Numbered from the stretch's first letter, positions 8,653 to 19,440 are shown. The stretch: 64,000 bases of DNA from an uncultured Candidatus Rokubacteria bacterium (GCA_963747235.1 CAVVEU010000008.1:64001-128000), one strand, 5' to 3'. Numbers and translations are program-made. The notes: generated by a model from the letters alone, not told the origin.

Positions 8653-9765
8653 GTGACGTCACCCGACACCCCATCCAGCGAAGCCGGTCCCGCCGGGCTC
8701 CCGGAGTCCCCCGGAATCGACGAGCGGGCGCTCATCCAGCGGTGCATCGCGGGCGACGCCGCGGCGTTCGAGCCGCTGGTCGAGAAGTACCGTCAGCGGG
8801 TGTGGCGTCTGGCCTACCAGGTGTTGCACGACCGCGAGGAGGCGTGGGACGTGGCTCAGGAAGCGTTCGTGCGGGCGTTTCATTCGCTGTCGTCGTTCCG
8901 TGGGCAATCGGCGTTCTACACCTGGCTCTTCCGCATCACCGTCAACGTGGCCACCGACCGGCACCGGCAGCGCGGCGCGCAGGCGCGCGCCTTCGGCCCG
9001 GAGCGGGTGACCGAGGAGGAATGGGCCCGCAGCATGCCCGATCCGGGACGCGGGCCGGACCAGGAAGCGACGCGGGCCGAGCAGCGCGAGCGCATCCGTC
9101 GGGCGCTCGATGCCTTGCCGCCCAAGGCCCGAACGATTATCATGCTCAGTGACGTCGAAGGCCTCTCGTACCGCGAGATCGCCGAGGTGCTCAACTGCCC
9201 GATCGGAACCGTGATGTCCAGGCTGCATAACGCGCGCAAGCGGCTCAAGGGGCTCCTGGGACCGATGCTCGCCCTGCTCGTCTGGCTCGGGCTGACGCTC
9301 AGCCTGGCCGTCCCGGCCCAGGCCCAGCAGATCATTCGCTTCGGCGTGCGCATCATGGAGGCCTCCAGCCCTCCCCGCGCGGGTGAGGCGCCCGGCGCGC
9401 TCAGGAGCCCCGCGGCGCCCACGCCCGAGGCGGAGACCGACGAGCGCATGAAGCGCATCCTCCCGCGGCTGCGGACCCTCTTCCGCTACACCGACTACAC
9501 CACGCTCGACCGCCAGCGTGTCGAGGGCCCGCTCGGCACCCGGCAGCGGTTCGCGGTGCCCGGCGAGCGGTGGCTCGAGGTCACGCCCGACCAGCTCCAG
9601 GGCGACCACGTGCGCATGCGGGTGCGGCTCCTGCGCGGCGTGCATCCCGAGGTGAACGCGGCGATCCAGGCCGCGCCGGGCGCCCCCGCGGTGCTCGGGG
9701 GCCCGCCCTACGGCAACGGCGTGCTGATCATCATCCTCTGGGCCAATCCCCACCCCGCCCCCTAG
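8653..9765 (+). CDS. ECF (RpoE/SigW-like) sigma factor with C-terminal hydrophobic helix and extracytoplasmic domain
   Basis: Region 2 DVAQEAF/FYTWLFRI, region 4 GLSYREIAEVLNCPIGTVMSRLHNAR, then in frame MLALLVWLGLTLSLAVPAQAQ and about 145 further residues. Confidence 0.88.
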   Translation: MTSPDTPSSEAGPAGLPESPGIDERALIQRCIAGDAAAFEPLVEKYRQRVWRLAYQVLHDREEAWDVAQEAFVRAFHSLSSFRGQSAFYTWLFRITVNVATDRHRQRGAQARAFGPERVTEEEWARSMPDPGRGPDQEATRAEQRERIRRALDALPPKARTIIMLSDVEGLSYREIAEVLNCPIGTVMSRLHNARKRLKGLLGPMLALLVWLGLTLSLAVPAQAQQIIRFGVRIMEASSPPRAGEAPGALRSPAAPTPEAETDERMKRILPRLRTLFRYTDYTTLDRQRVEGPLGTRQRFAVPGERWLEVTPDQLQGDHVRMRVRLLRGVHPEVNAAIQAAPGAPAVLGGPPYGNGVLIIILWANPHPAP

Positions 9766-9771
9766 TCCCGC

Positions 9772-11296
9772 GTGAGCGAGCAGCGCTACCGGCAGGAACG
9801 GGCCCGCATCGAGCAGGGCCACGTCAAGTACCGCGAGAAGCTCAAGGACGAAGGCAAGCTCTTCGTCCGCGACCGCCTGAAGCTGCTCCTGGATCCCGGC
9901 ACCGAGTTCCAGGAGGATTTCCTCTTCGCGCGCAACCAGGAGGCGGACACGCCCGCCGACGGCGTCGTCACCGGAGTGGGAACGGTCGGCGGCCGCGCGG
10001 TCTGCGTGATGGCCAACGACTACACGGTGAAGGCGGGCTCGTGGGGCGAGAAGACCATCCAGAAGATCGTGCGCATCCAGGAGCGCGCCCAGCGGCTGCA
10101 GGTGCCGATGATCTACCTCGTGGACGCGGCGGGCGGGCGCATCTCGGAGCAGATCAAGATCTTCCCGGGGCGCTTCCACGCCGGCCGCATCTTCTACAAC
10201 GAGGTCCAGCTCTCCGGGGTGGTGCCGCAGGTGTGCGTGCTCTTCGGCCCGTCGCCGGCCGGCTCCGCCTATCTGCCCGCGCTCACCGACTGCGTGATCA
10301 TGGTGGACGGCAAGGCGAGCCTCTACGTGGGGTCTCCTCGAATGGTCGAGATGGCCATCGGCGAGAAGACGACGCTCGAGGAGCTGGGCGGGGCCCGGAT
10401 GCACTGCACGGTGTCGGGATGCGGCGACGTGCTCGCCGCCTCCGACGAGGAGGCGATCGAGCTCTGCCGGCGCTACCTGAGCTACCTGCCCGGCTCCTTC
10501 CGCGAGCGGCCCGCGACGGTGGAGCCGGTCGGCGCGAAGCCGGGCCGGTCCATCGAGGAGATCGTCCCCTACGACCAGCGCAAGTGGTTCGACATGTACG
10601 AGGTGATCGACCGCGTCGTCGACGCCGGCTCCTTCTTCGAGATCAAGCGGCTCTTCGCGCCGGAGATCATCGTGGGCTTCGCGCGCCTCGGCGGGCGCGC
10701 GGTCGGCGTGGTGGCCAATCAGCCCAAGGTCAAGGGCGGCGTGCTGATGGTGGACTCCTCCGACAAGGCGGCGCGGTTCATCTCGCTCTGCAACGCCTTC
10801 AACGTCCCGCTCGTGTACCTGGCCGACGTCCCGGGCTTCATGGTCGGCACCAAGGTGGAGCGGGCCGGCATCATCCGCCACGGCGCCAAGATGGTCTTCG
10901 CGACCTCGCAGGCCACCGTGCCGAAGATCTGCGTGGTCGTGCGCAAGTGCTACGGCGCCGGCCTCTACGCGATGTGCGGCCCGGCCTTCGAGCCCGACGC
11001 GGCCCTCGCGCTGCCGCAGGGGCAGGTGGCCATCATGGGGCCGGAGCCGGCGGTCAACGCGGTCTACTACAACAAGATCATGGAGCTGCCGGAGGCGGAG
11101 CGGCCCGCCTACGTCCAGCAGAAGCGCGACGAGTACGCGCAGGACGTGGACATCTACAAGCTCGCCTCCGAGATGCTGGTGGACGGCATCGTCGGCGGGC
11201 TCCGAGCTGCGTGACGAGCTGATCAAGCGGCTGGGCTACGCCGAGTCCAAGCAGCTCGAGTTCCCGCCGCGGCGCAATCCGGTCCTGCCCGTCTGA
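9772..11296 (+). CDS. Acyl-CoA carboxylase carboxyltransferase (beta) subunit (frameshift near 11200)
   Basis: PADGVVTG, DYTVKAGS, DVPGFMVG, GIIRHGAK, RKCYGAG; C-terminus ELRDELIKRL..RNPVLPV in the shifted frame ending 11296. Confidence 0.9.
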
Positions 11297-11321
11297 GCGG
11301 CGTGTCCGCCGCGGCCCGCGC

Positions 11322-12071
11322 ATGGGCTCGCTGATCCTGGCGCTCCGCTTTCTCACCATCGCCCCGGTGCCCGGCCGGGAAGCGGCGGGCCCGTCGGCGC
11401 TGGGCCGGGCCGCGTGGTGGTTCCCCGTCGTCGGGCTGCTGGTGGGGAGCGCGCTGGCGATCGCCGCGCGCGCGGCGGATGCGCTGTTTCCCCCGCTGGT
11501 CGCCGCGGCGCTCCTGGTCACGGGGTGGAAGGTGGCCACCGGCGGGATCCATCTCGATGGGCTCGCCGATTGCCTGGATGGCCTCGCGGGCCGCGACCCC
11601 GCGCGGCGGCTCGCCATCATGCGCGATAGCCGGATCGGCGTGTTCGGCGCCGCCGGGCTCATCCTGCTCTGTCTCCTCGCGGTCACCGCGCTCGCCGCGC
11701 TCTCCGCCTCCCTCCGCCTCCGCGTCCTCCTGCTGGCTCCGGTGATCGGCCGGGTGGCCCCGCTGCTCGCGGGCGCCTGGCTGGCGCCCGCCACGCCGGG
11801 GCAGGGGCTCGGCGCCGCCTTCGCCGCGGGCCTGTCGCGCTGGGCGGGTCCCGCTCACGTGGTCGTCGCCGGCGCGCTGGCCGCGTGGCTGCTCGGGATC
11901 GGGGGCCTGGCCGTCGCGGCGGCGGCGTGGAGTCTGGCGCTGCTCGCGGCCGCGTTCGTGGCGCGCCGCCTCGGCGGGGTGACCGGTGACGTGCTGGGCG
12001 CCGTCGTGGAGGTGGCCGAGCTGGGGACCCTGCTCGGCGCGGCGGCGGCCGCGCACCGGGGATGGCTCTGA
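11322..12071 (+). CDS. cobS: Adenosylcobinamide-GDP ribazoletransferase (cobalamin synthase)
   Basis: FLT..P, TGGIHLDGLADCLDG, IMRDSRIGVFG, GGVTGDVLGA. Confidence 0.95.
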   Translation: MGSLILALRFLTIAPVPGREAAGPSALGRAAWWFPVVGLLVGSALAIAARAADALFPPLVAAALLVTGWKVATGGIHLDGLADCLDGLAGRDPARRLAIMRDSRIGVFGAAGLILLCLLAVTALAALSASLRLRVLLLAPVIGRVAPLLAGAWLAPATPGQGLGAAFAAGLSRWAGPAHVVVAGALAAWLLGIGGLAVAAAAWSLALLAAAFVARRLGGVTGDVLGAVVEVAELGTLLGAAAAAHRGWL

Positions 12072-12681
12072 GCGCCACCACCGTGTGCCTGGTCCGCCAC
12101 GGCAGCGTGGTGGGCGCGGAGACCCGCCGGTTCATCGGGCATCTCGACGTGGCCCTCTCGCCGCTCGGCGTCGCTCAGGTCGATGCGCTCGTCGCGCCGG
12201 CTGAACGCCGTCGCCTTCGACGCGATCTACTGCAGCGATCTCGAGCGCACGCGGCACAGCGCCGAGATCCTGGCCGCGCCCCACGCGCCTCACCCCCGTC
12301 CGGAATCCGGCCCTCCGCGAGTTCGCGATGGGGGAGTGGGACGGGCTGACCGCCGAGCAGATCCGCGCCCGCGATGCCCGCGCGTTCGAGGCGTGGATGG
12401 CCGACGTGGGGCGCTTCCAGTTCCCCGGCGGCGAGAGCCTGCCGGATCTGGTCGCGCGCGCGGTCCCGGCCTTCGAAGCGCTGGTGGCGCGGCACGCGGG
12501 CGGCACGATCGCGGTGGTGGCGCACGGCGGGAGCAATCGCGCGATCCTCTGCCACGCGCTCGGGCTCGGCCCCGAGCGGCTGCTCGCGCTGGGCCAGGAC
12601 TACGCGGCCCTCTCCGTGCTCGAGCGGTCGGCCGGGCGCTGGACCCTGCGCGTGCTGAACCACTGCGAGCCCCTGTCGTGA
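12062..12681 (+). CDS. cobC: Histidine phosphatase, alpha-ribazole phosphatase-like (frameshifts near 12195 and 12290)
   Basis: LVRHG, SDL.R, GEWDG, PGGES, VAHGG motifs over three frames; adjacent to cobS. Confidence 0.75.
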
Positions 12682-14295
12682 CCGCCGGGCGGCGCCGGTT
12701 CCTCGCGCTCGCCGCGGGCGCCGCGGCCGCCGCGGCGGCTCCGCGCCGGGTGGAGGCGACGGAGCGGCCCGTCCGGGGCGGCGTGCTGAAGCAGATCGGC
12801 CTCGAGCCGCCCACGTTCGACGTCCACGCCACCGCCTCCCACCAGACGCAGCTCGTCTCGTCCTTCGTGCGCCGCACGCTCTTCAAGCTCGTCCACGGAG
12901 CCCGCTACGGGCCATCCGACTTCACGCTCGCGCCGGATCTCGCGCTCGAGGCGGTGGCGTCGGCGGACCGGCGGACCTACACGATCACGCTGCGCCCGGG
13001 TGTCCGGTGGGAATCGCGCCCGCCCGTGAACGGGCGCGAGCTGGTCGCCGCCGACGTGAAGTTCTCGCTCGAGCGCGCGCTCCGGAAGTCACCCTTCGCG
13101 CCGCTCCTGGGCCCGGTGGAGCGGATCGACGCGCCCGCCCGGCACACCGTGCGCGTCCACCTGGCGGATTCCTTCGCGCCGTTCGTCCACAACCTGGCCG
13201 AGCCCTGGACCGCGATCGTGCCTCCGGAGATGGAGGATCGGCCGGGCGATCCGAAGGCCGCGGAGTCCCTGATCGGCTGCGGGCCGTTCGTGCTCGAGCG
13301 CTACGAGCCCGGGGTGAAGGCGGTCTTCTCGCGCAATCCCACCTACCACGCCCGCGGCCTGCCGTACCTCGACAAGGTCGAGTGGCTCTTCATCAAGGAC
13401 CGCTCCACCCAGCTCGCGCTGTTCCGGGCCGGGCAGGTGGACCTGCCCTCCCACGATGCGCGCATCCCGCGCGCCGAGGTGGCCGCCTTCAGGAAGGCCA
13501 ACCCCGAGCTACCCGGTCGTGTCCTGGGACGGGCTGGCGGTTCGCTCGCTGGCCATGCGCACCGACCGGCCGCCCTTCAACGACGTGCGGGTGCGCCGCG
13601 CGCTCAGCCTGGCGGTGGACCGGAAGACGTGGGTGGCCGAGCATCTCGACGGCGACGGCGCCGACGCTCACGGGCCGGTCCCGAGCGCCATGCGGCAGTG
13701 GAAGCTGGCCGCGCGGCAGCTCGGCGAGGGCGCCCGCTATCTCGAGCACGATCCCGCGCTGGCGCGCGCAAGCTGCTGGCCGAGGCCGGCTTTCCCGCCG
13801 GCCTCAAGATCAGGTGCACCAGCTGGCCGGGCTACGGGCCCGAGTACGTGGAGGACCTCGAGCGCCTCGCCGGCTATCTGCGCCGAGCGGGGGTGGAGCT
13901 GCAGATCGTCAACGAGGAGTACGGGCCGTACATCCGCGGGTCATTCCTCGGCCGGTTCGAGGAGGCGAGCTGGGGGCCCTCCTCGCTCTTCACGGAGGTG
14001 GACGGGTATCTCTACGAGCGTCTTCCGGAGCGGCCAGGCCGGCAATCGCAGCCACGTGGCCGACGCGCAGCTCGACGTGATGCTCGAGGCGCAGCGGCGC
14101 GGTCACCTCGACGTCGTCGCGCAAGCAGGATCATCGACGAGATCCAGCGTCGCGCCGCCGCCCAGGTCTACTACGTCTTCACGCCCGTACCCCCGGAACG
14201 TGTCGTCGTGGGCGCCGCGGGTCCGGAATTACGGGCCGAAGAACTCCTTCGACCGGGGCGCTCAGCTCGAGGTGGTCTGGCTCGACCGGGCCTGA
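12678..14295 (+). CDS. Family-5 ABC substrate-binding protein with Tat signal (several frameshifts)
   Basis: GRRRFLAL Tat motif, PDLA, LRPGVRW..PPVNGRELVAADVKFS, IGCGPF, PFNDVRVRRA, EVVWLD. Confidence 0.82.
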
Positions 14296-14462
14296 CGGCC
14301 CGCCCGGGCCCGTTTCGCGGCTGACGGTTCCTGTAGGTTGTCTGTCACAACTTGTAGACCCCCGGGGCGCGTGCAGAAAGATGCACCCCCGTCGAACCCA
14401 GAACAAGTAGTTATTTCAATTGTTTGAGAGCCGAAAGCCGGGGCCGATCCGGCGCCGACCGG

Positions 14463-14479
14463 CTGGCATTCGTCTTGCT
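14463..14479 (+). promoter_or_regulatory. Sigma54 (-24/-12) promoter of the pilin cluster
   Basis: CTGGCATTCGTCTTGCT = TGGCA-N6-TTGCT, preceded by an AT-rich tract at about 14403-14425. Confidence 0.65.
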
Positions 14480-14513
14480 CTGTACCTGGGCCGGATACAT
14501 GGAGGACATGACC

Positions 14514-14960
14514 ATGCATGCGTTGAACCGTTCGAAGTCTCACGCCGGACAGGCCGGGTTCACCCTGGCCGAGATCCTGGTGGCCTGCGCCATCGTCTCG
14601 GTGGGGCTGGTCGCGGTGGCGACCGGCTTCGGCATCGGCGTCGACGGCGTGGAGGCCGGGCGCCAGCAGAGCACCGCGGTCTTCCTCGCCGAGCAGCGCA
14701 TCGAGCAGGCCAAGGAGCTGGCCATGCGGCAGACGGGCCTGGTGCAGCTCACCGTCGCCAACCTGCCGGCCACCGAGGCGTACGGGTCGATCACGGGCGC
14801 GCCGCCCAGCTACCGGCGCACCACGACGATCACCACCAATCCGGGCGGTACCACCGGCGCCCGCGTGGACGTCGTCGTCTTCTACCGCCCGGTGACCGGG
14901 CGCGGCGTGCTCACCACGGAGCGGTCGGTGTCGCTCTCCATCTTCCTGGCGAATCGATGA
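14514..14960 (+). CDS. Type IV minor pilin, PilV-like
   Basis: Class III signal G|FTLAEILVA with E5; GGAGG RBS. Confidence 0.88.
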   Translation: MHALNRSKSHAGQAGFTLAEILVACAIVSVGLVAVATGFGIGVDGVEAGRQQSTAVFLAEQRIEQAKELAMRQTGLVQLTVANLPATEAYGSITGAPPSYRRTTTITTNPGGTTGARVDVVVFYRPVTGRGVLTTERSVSLSIFLANR

Positions 14961-14974
14961 GCCGAGGAGCCCTC

Positions 14975-15650
14975 ATGAACAATCAGCGCGGTTTCACCCT
15001 GGCCGAGATGCTGGTGGTCTGCGCCATCGTGGGGCTCGTGATGGCGAGCCTGCTGGGGCTCACGATGCAGGGCCAGCAGGCGTACTGGTTCGGGACGACC
15101 CAGGTGGACGGCCAGCAGACGGTGCGCGTCGCCCTCGAGCGCATGGCCAAGGAGATGCGCGAGGCCGGCTACGAGCCGCTGCCCGGCGAGACGGACCCCA
15201 CGGCCTGCCCGAACGCGACGAACTATCCGCTCTACACCGCCGGCGTCCCGTGCTACAAGTTCGTGCCCGTCACCGCGCCCGGCCGCGACCTCGCTCACGC
15301 TTCAGTACAACTGGGACGGCTCGACGTGCGCGGTCCCGTGCTCGCCCATCAATACGGTCGCCCTGGTCACCGACCCGATGACGTGTCCGACGGCGGCCTG
15401 CCGGGGCGAGCAGATCACCTACGCCCTGACGTCAGGCAACATCACGCGCCAGGAGATCGTGGTGGACGCGGCCCCGGTGGTCATCGCGTCCGGCATCACC
15501 GCTCTGACCTTCACCTATCGAGACGAGAACAACAACGTCACCGCGTCGCCTGACCTCATCCGGACCGTCGAGATCTCGGTGACCGCCCAGACCGCGACCA
15601 AGGGCGCGTACGTGACGATGGTGGATCGCGTTCGGCTGCGCAATCGATGA
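14975..15650 (+). CDS. Type IV minor pilin, PilW-like (frameshift near 15285; alternative start 14957)
   Basis: QRG|FTLAEMLVV, QQTVRVALERMAKEMREAGY, C-terminal LTFTYRD..IRTVEISV..VRLRN. Confidence 0.85.
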
Positions 15651-15679
15651 GCCAAGTCACACTGCGGAGGCCAGTACCA

Positions 15680-17179
15680 ATGAAGACGTGGCGCAATCTG
15701 CTCGGCAATGAGCGCGGGGTGGCCTTGCCCCTCGCGATGATCATGCTGGTCGTCCTGACGATGCTCACGCTCACGTTCATGTCCCTGGGGGCGGTGGAGC
15801 CCCAGATCTCGCGCAACCTCTCCGACGGCGCCCGCGCCCGGCAGCTCGCCGAGAGCGGCATCGAGTGGGGGTTCAATCAGCTCGCGGGCAAGCCCTTCGA
15901 CGACGCCACCCTGCTGGGCAGCGGTCTCACCACCGGCGGCGTCAACTGCGGAACGGGCATCACCTGCAAGGTGCTGGTGACCGGCCAGGCGCTCCCGGGG
16001 CTCACCTCGACCGTCGGCACGTTCACGGTCACGCTGCGGAACGACCTCAACACGCTCAACACCGACCAGGCGCTCATCGGGAGCGGCAACACGCTCGACA
16101 CGAGCACCTCGGTGGACAACAACAAGATCGTGATCCTGAAGTCGACCGGCACGCTTCAACGGGGCCAGCCGGACGATCACCGCGGTGGTCCAGCGTGGCA
16201 ACCTGCCGATCAACGCGGCGGTGAGCCTGCCGGGCGTCCAGGGTGACACCTATACCCAGGCGCCGTCCGTGCGCGATCAGCGTGGGCTGCTACTGGATCG
16301 ACGGGCGCGACTATCGGGACGCGGACACGTGGGGGCCAGCGGCGACTCCCACCGGGGTCGGCGCGCTGAAGTACGGGATGACCGCCGCGACCGCGGCCAT
16401 CGAGACCGTCGCCGAGAGCGGCTTCAACACCCTGGCCAAGCGCGAGTATCTCCACGGCATCGAACGACGGCAACGGCTACACGGCGGCAACCGACGGCAC
16501 CGCCGTCACCGGGGCCGCCGGCAACGGCCGGAACACGATCGCCGACGACGCCTCCCTCTCGCCGGCCCTGATCACGAAGTTCATGCAGCAACCTGGCGTC
16601 GAATCCCTCGACGCAGATCCTCGACAGCACCATGGCCTGCCAGTACCCCGCGCCGGGTGGTGATTCACGACAAGCCGGAGGGGATCCAGATGCAGAGCAC
16701 GGGCACGCGCGAACATCGTGACGGTGACGAACAACTGCACGGGCGCGCGCGCAGATCAACCAGACGGTGAACCTCGGCACGGCCGCCGCACCCGCGATGC
16801 TCTACGTCAGGGGCGAGTACGATCCGACCTCCCTCTTCCGCGGCCTCGCCGTGGACGGCAGCAATCCCATCACGGGCTATGGCATTCTCGTCGTCGAGGA
16901 CTCCGATCTGGCCTTCTTCCAGAGCGGCAACTTCAGATGGAACGGCATCGTGCTGGTGACGGGCCGCAACAACTCGACCGCGTTCCTCGGCTCCAGCAAT
17001 ACGGAGATCCGGGGCGCCCTCATCACCAGCGAGACCAACCCGCTGGAGGCGTCGCGGGTTCAACGAGTTCTTCGGCGGGGACCAGCGGGACCATGCGGAT
17101 CCTGGCCAGCAAGGAGAACATCGACCGGGCGCTCATGGCCCTCTACAACATGCGCATCTCCGCATACCGCGAGAACTAG
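15680..17179 (+). CDS. PilX-like minor pilin with large C-terminal domain (multiple frameshifts; alternative start 15647)
   Basis: NERG|VALPLAMIML, ARQLAESGIEWG; tail GYGILVVE..FRWNGIVLV and final ISAYREN. Confidence 0.75.
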
Positions 17180-17922
17180 GTGGTGCCGCGTCTGCTCCTA
17201 GTCGCGGCGCTGCTCCTCGCGGCCTGCCAGCAGCCGCCCGCGCGCCAGGTCCCGGCCACGAGTGCCGTCTCCCCGGCGGAGCAGATGCTCGCCGAGGGAG
17301 GCGCGCTGATGGCTCAAGGCAACTACGTGACCGCGGTGGAGAAGCTCCGCCAGGCCGCCGATCTCGAGCCCGGCAGCGTGCCGGTCCGCTTCGCCCTCGG
17401 CACCGCCTACTCGTTCCTCGAGAAGCGGCCGGAGGCCATCGCGCAGTTTCGCTGGGTGATGTCGAACGCTCCGGTCGAATCGACCGAGCGCGCCGAGGCC
17501 CGCCGCTGGCTCCTGCGCGTCGGGGCCCTCGTGGAGTCTCCGCCCGCGCCCGGGAAGCCCGACGTGGCCTCCAGCGACGCCGCGGCCAAGAAGGTCGATC
17601 CGGCCGCACAGGGCTCGGTCTCCGGTCAGACCCAGTGGACGGGAGTCACTCCGGCCGAGCACCAGCTCCCGGTGACGATCGCGATCGTGGGGAGCGAGGA
17701 CGCGACCCGCGAGTCTGCGGCAGAGGACGCAGATCTCAGCTGGGCGAGCGCTTCGAGTTCAAGGACGTCCGGGAAGGCCAGTACCGGCTCATCGGCGCCT
17801 TCGCCGACAAGATCCTCTGGGACCAGAGCGTCACGGTCAAGGGTGGCAAGCAGACGGACGTGGCGCTGAGCCAGGCCACGAGCCTCGTCCCCGTGAACAC
17901 CTTCCCGCTGCCCGTGCACTAG
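17180..17922 (+). CDS. TPR-containing lipoprotein with C-terminal beta-sandwich-like domain (frameshift near 17715-17740)
   Basis: Lipobox LLLAAC, TPR helices, GERFEFKDVREGQYRL. Confidence 0.7.
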
Positions 17923-17931
17923 CCGCGGGCG

Positions 17932-18311
17932 CTACCGCTTCAGGCTCAGGGCACCCCCGCCGATCATCGCCACCGCCAGCGTCGCGACCAGCAGCACGAG
18001 CACGTACTCGTAGCCCCCCTTGTAGGCCCAGAACCCGCTTCTTCAGATGAACGAAGACGAGCGCGCCCAGCATGACGGGCACATTGGCCAGCGCCGCCCA
18101 GCGCGTGAAGAGCCCGAGGACGAGGCAGATGCCGCCCAGCCCGTGGGCCAGGATCAGGTACCACGCGCCGATCTCGGGGAAGGGGATGCCGTTCTTGACC
18201 TGGTAGTCGATCATGCCGGCGGGCCCGAGGACGACGAGCGGCGAGGTAGGCGTGCATGATGTAGACGACACCCAGGATCAGCCGGAGCAGCATTGCGCCG
18301 TAGGACGCCAT
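17932..18311 (-). CDS. DoxX family membrane protein (frameshifts near 18245 and 18038)
   Basis: LLRLILG..YIMHAY, LGLFTRWAAL, GGYEY, GGGALSL. Confidence 0.82.
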
Positions 18312-18331
18312 CGCGCCTCCTTGCCTGGCTC

Positions 18332-19027
18332 TCAGGGCTTGCGGAACAGGATCTCGCCGAAGTAGGACTCGGCGGAGGAGCGCGTGTCGTTGGAGTCGAT
18401 GGAGATCGAGATCGCCCCCACCTCTTCCCCCGGCGCCTCCCCGTAGATCTTCTGGTAGTCCTCGAGCACGTTGCGGCTCTCGGTCTGCCACTTGCCCAGA
18501 TCACCCGGCCCCGAGCGGACCACCACGTAGGTCACGAGGCCCGTCTTCTCGCTCTTGAACACCGCCCCCACCGGCGCGGTGGTGTCCCAGAGGTAGGAGA
18601 TGATGCGCGAGCGGACCTGCGAGGGGAAGCGCGGGAAGGTGACGTAGAGCTGTCCCGCCTGGTCGTCGGTCGCCGACTTGCGGGCGTCACCGCCCTTCGG
18701 GAGGGTGACCACCTGCCAGGTCCACTGGAGGATCGGGTGGCTCTTGACGTCCACCTTGAGCTCCTTGGAGATCGTCGAGCTGTCGTTGTTGCTCTTGAGG
18801 TGGAGGACCTTGCGGCCGCTCTGGGTGACGACGCGGAACTCGTACTTGGGGCTGCCCCAGCTCTGCCCCTTCCAGCCGTCGGGGATGCCGGTCTTGCCGT
18901 CGGGCTGTTTCGACCAATCCTCGACGGGCACGGTGGGCGGGTCGGCCGCGGAGAGCGGCCCGCTCGCGACGAGCGTCATCGCCAGCAGCGTCATCCCGGT
19001 CGCGAGTCCGATCGCCGCGCGGAACAT
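18332..19027 (-). CDS. DUF3047-like exported protein
   Basis: Signal peptide; LQWTWQV..LPKGGD..DDQAGQLYV, YLWD, W..ESRNVLEDY, DSNDT. Confidence 0.8.
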   Translation of the reverse strand: MFRAAIGLATGMTLLAMTLVASGPLSAADPPTVPVEDWSKQPDGKTGIPDGWKGQSWGSPKYEFRVVTQSGRKVLHLKSNNDSSTISKELKVDVKSHPILQWTWQVVTLPKGGDARKSATDDQAGQLYVTFPRFPSQVRSRIISYLWDTTAPVGAVFKSEKTGLVTYVVVRSGPGDLGKWQTESRNVLEDYQKIYGEAPGEEVGAISISIDSNDTRSSAESYFGEILFRKP

Positions 19028-19074
19028 GGCCGATTCAGTGTCTCACGGGGTCCGTATGCTACGGTAAAAACCAG

Positions 19075-19440
19075 ATGCCGGACGTGCGGATCGACAAGTG
19101 GCTGTGGGCGGCTCGCTTCTTCAAGAGCCGCACGCTCGCGGCCACCGCCTGCAACGGCGGCAAGGTCCACGTCAACGGCGACGCGGCCAAGCCCTCCAAG
19201 ACGGTGCGCCCCGGTGACATGCTGCGCGTGACCCTGCCGCGGATCCGCCGCATCGTGCGCGTGACCGCGCTCGCCGAGCGGCGGGGCGCCGCCAGCGAGG
19301 CGGCGGTGCTGTACGAGGACCTCACGCCGCCCCCGCCGCCGCGTGAGGCCCGCCCCGCGCCGCCCGCCTATCGCCCGCCCGGCGCGGGACGGCCCACCAA
19401 GCGCGAGCGCCGCCGCATCGACCGCCTCGGCGACCGGTAG
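19075..19440 (+). CDS. hslR: Ribosome-associated heat shock protein Hsp15 (S4 domain)
   Basis: RIDKWLWAARFFKSR, GKV.VNG, GRPTKRERR. Confidence 0.93.
   Translation: MPDVRIDKWLWAARFFKSRTLAATACNGGKVHVNGDAAKPSKTVRPGDMLRVTLPRIRRIVRVTALAERRGAASEAAVLYEDLTPPPPPREARPAPPAYRPPGAGRPTKRERRRIDRLGDR

Noticed and set aside
12183-14324. Apparent phosphatase-SBP fusion ORF
   Set aside because: Produced by frameshifts; the SBP has its own Tat signal starting at 12678.
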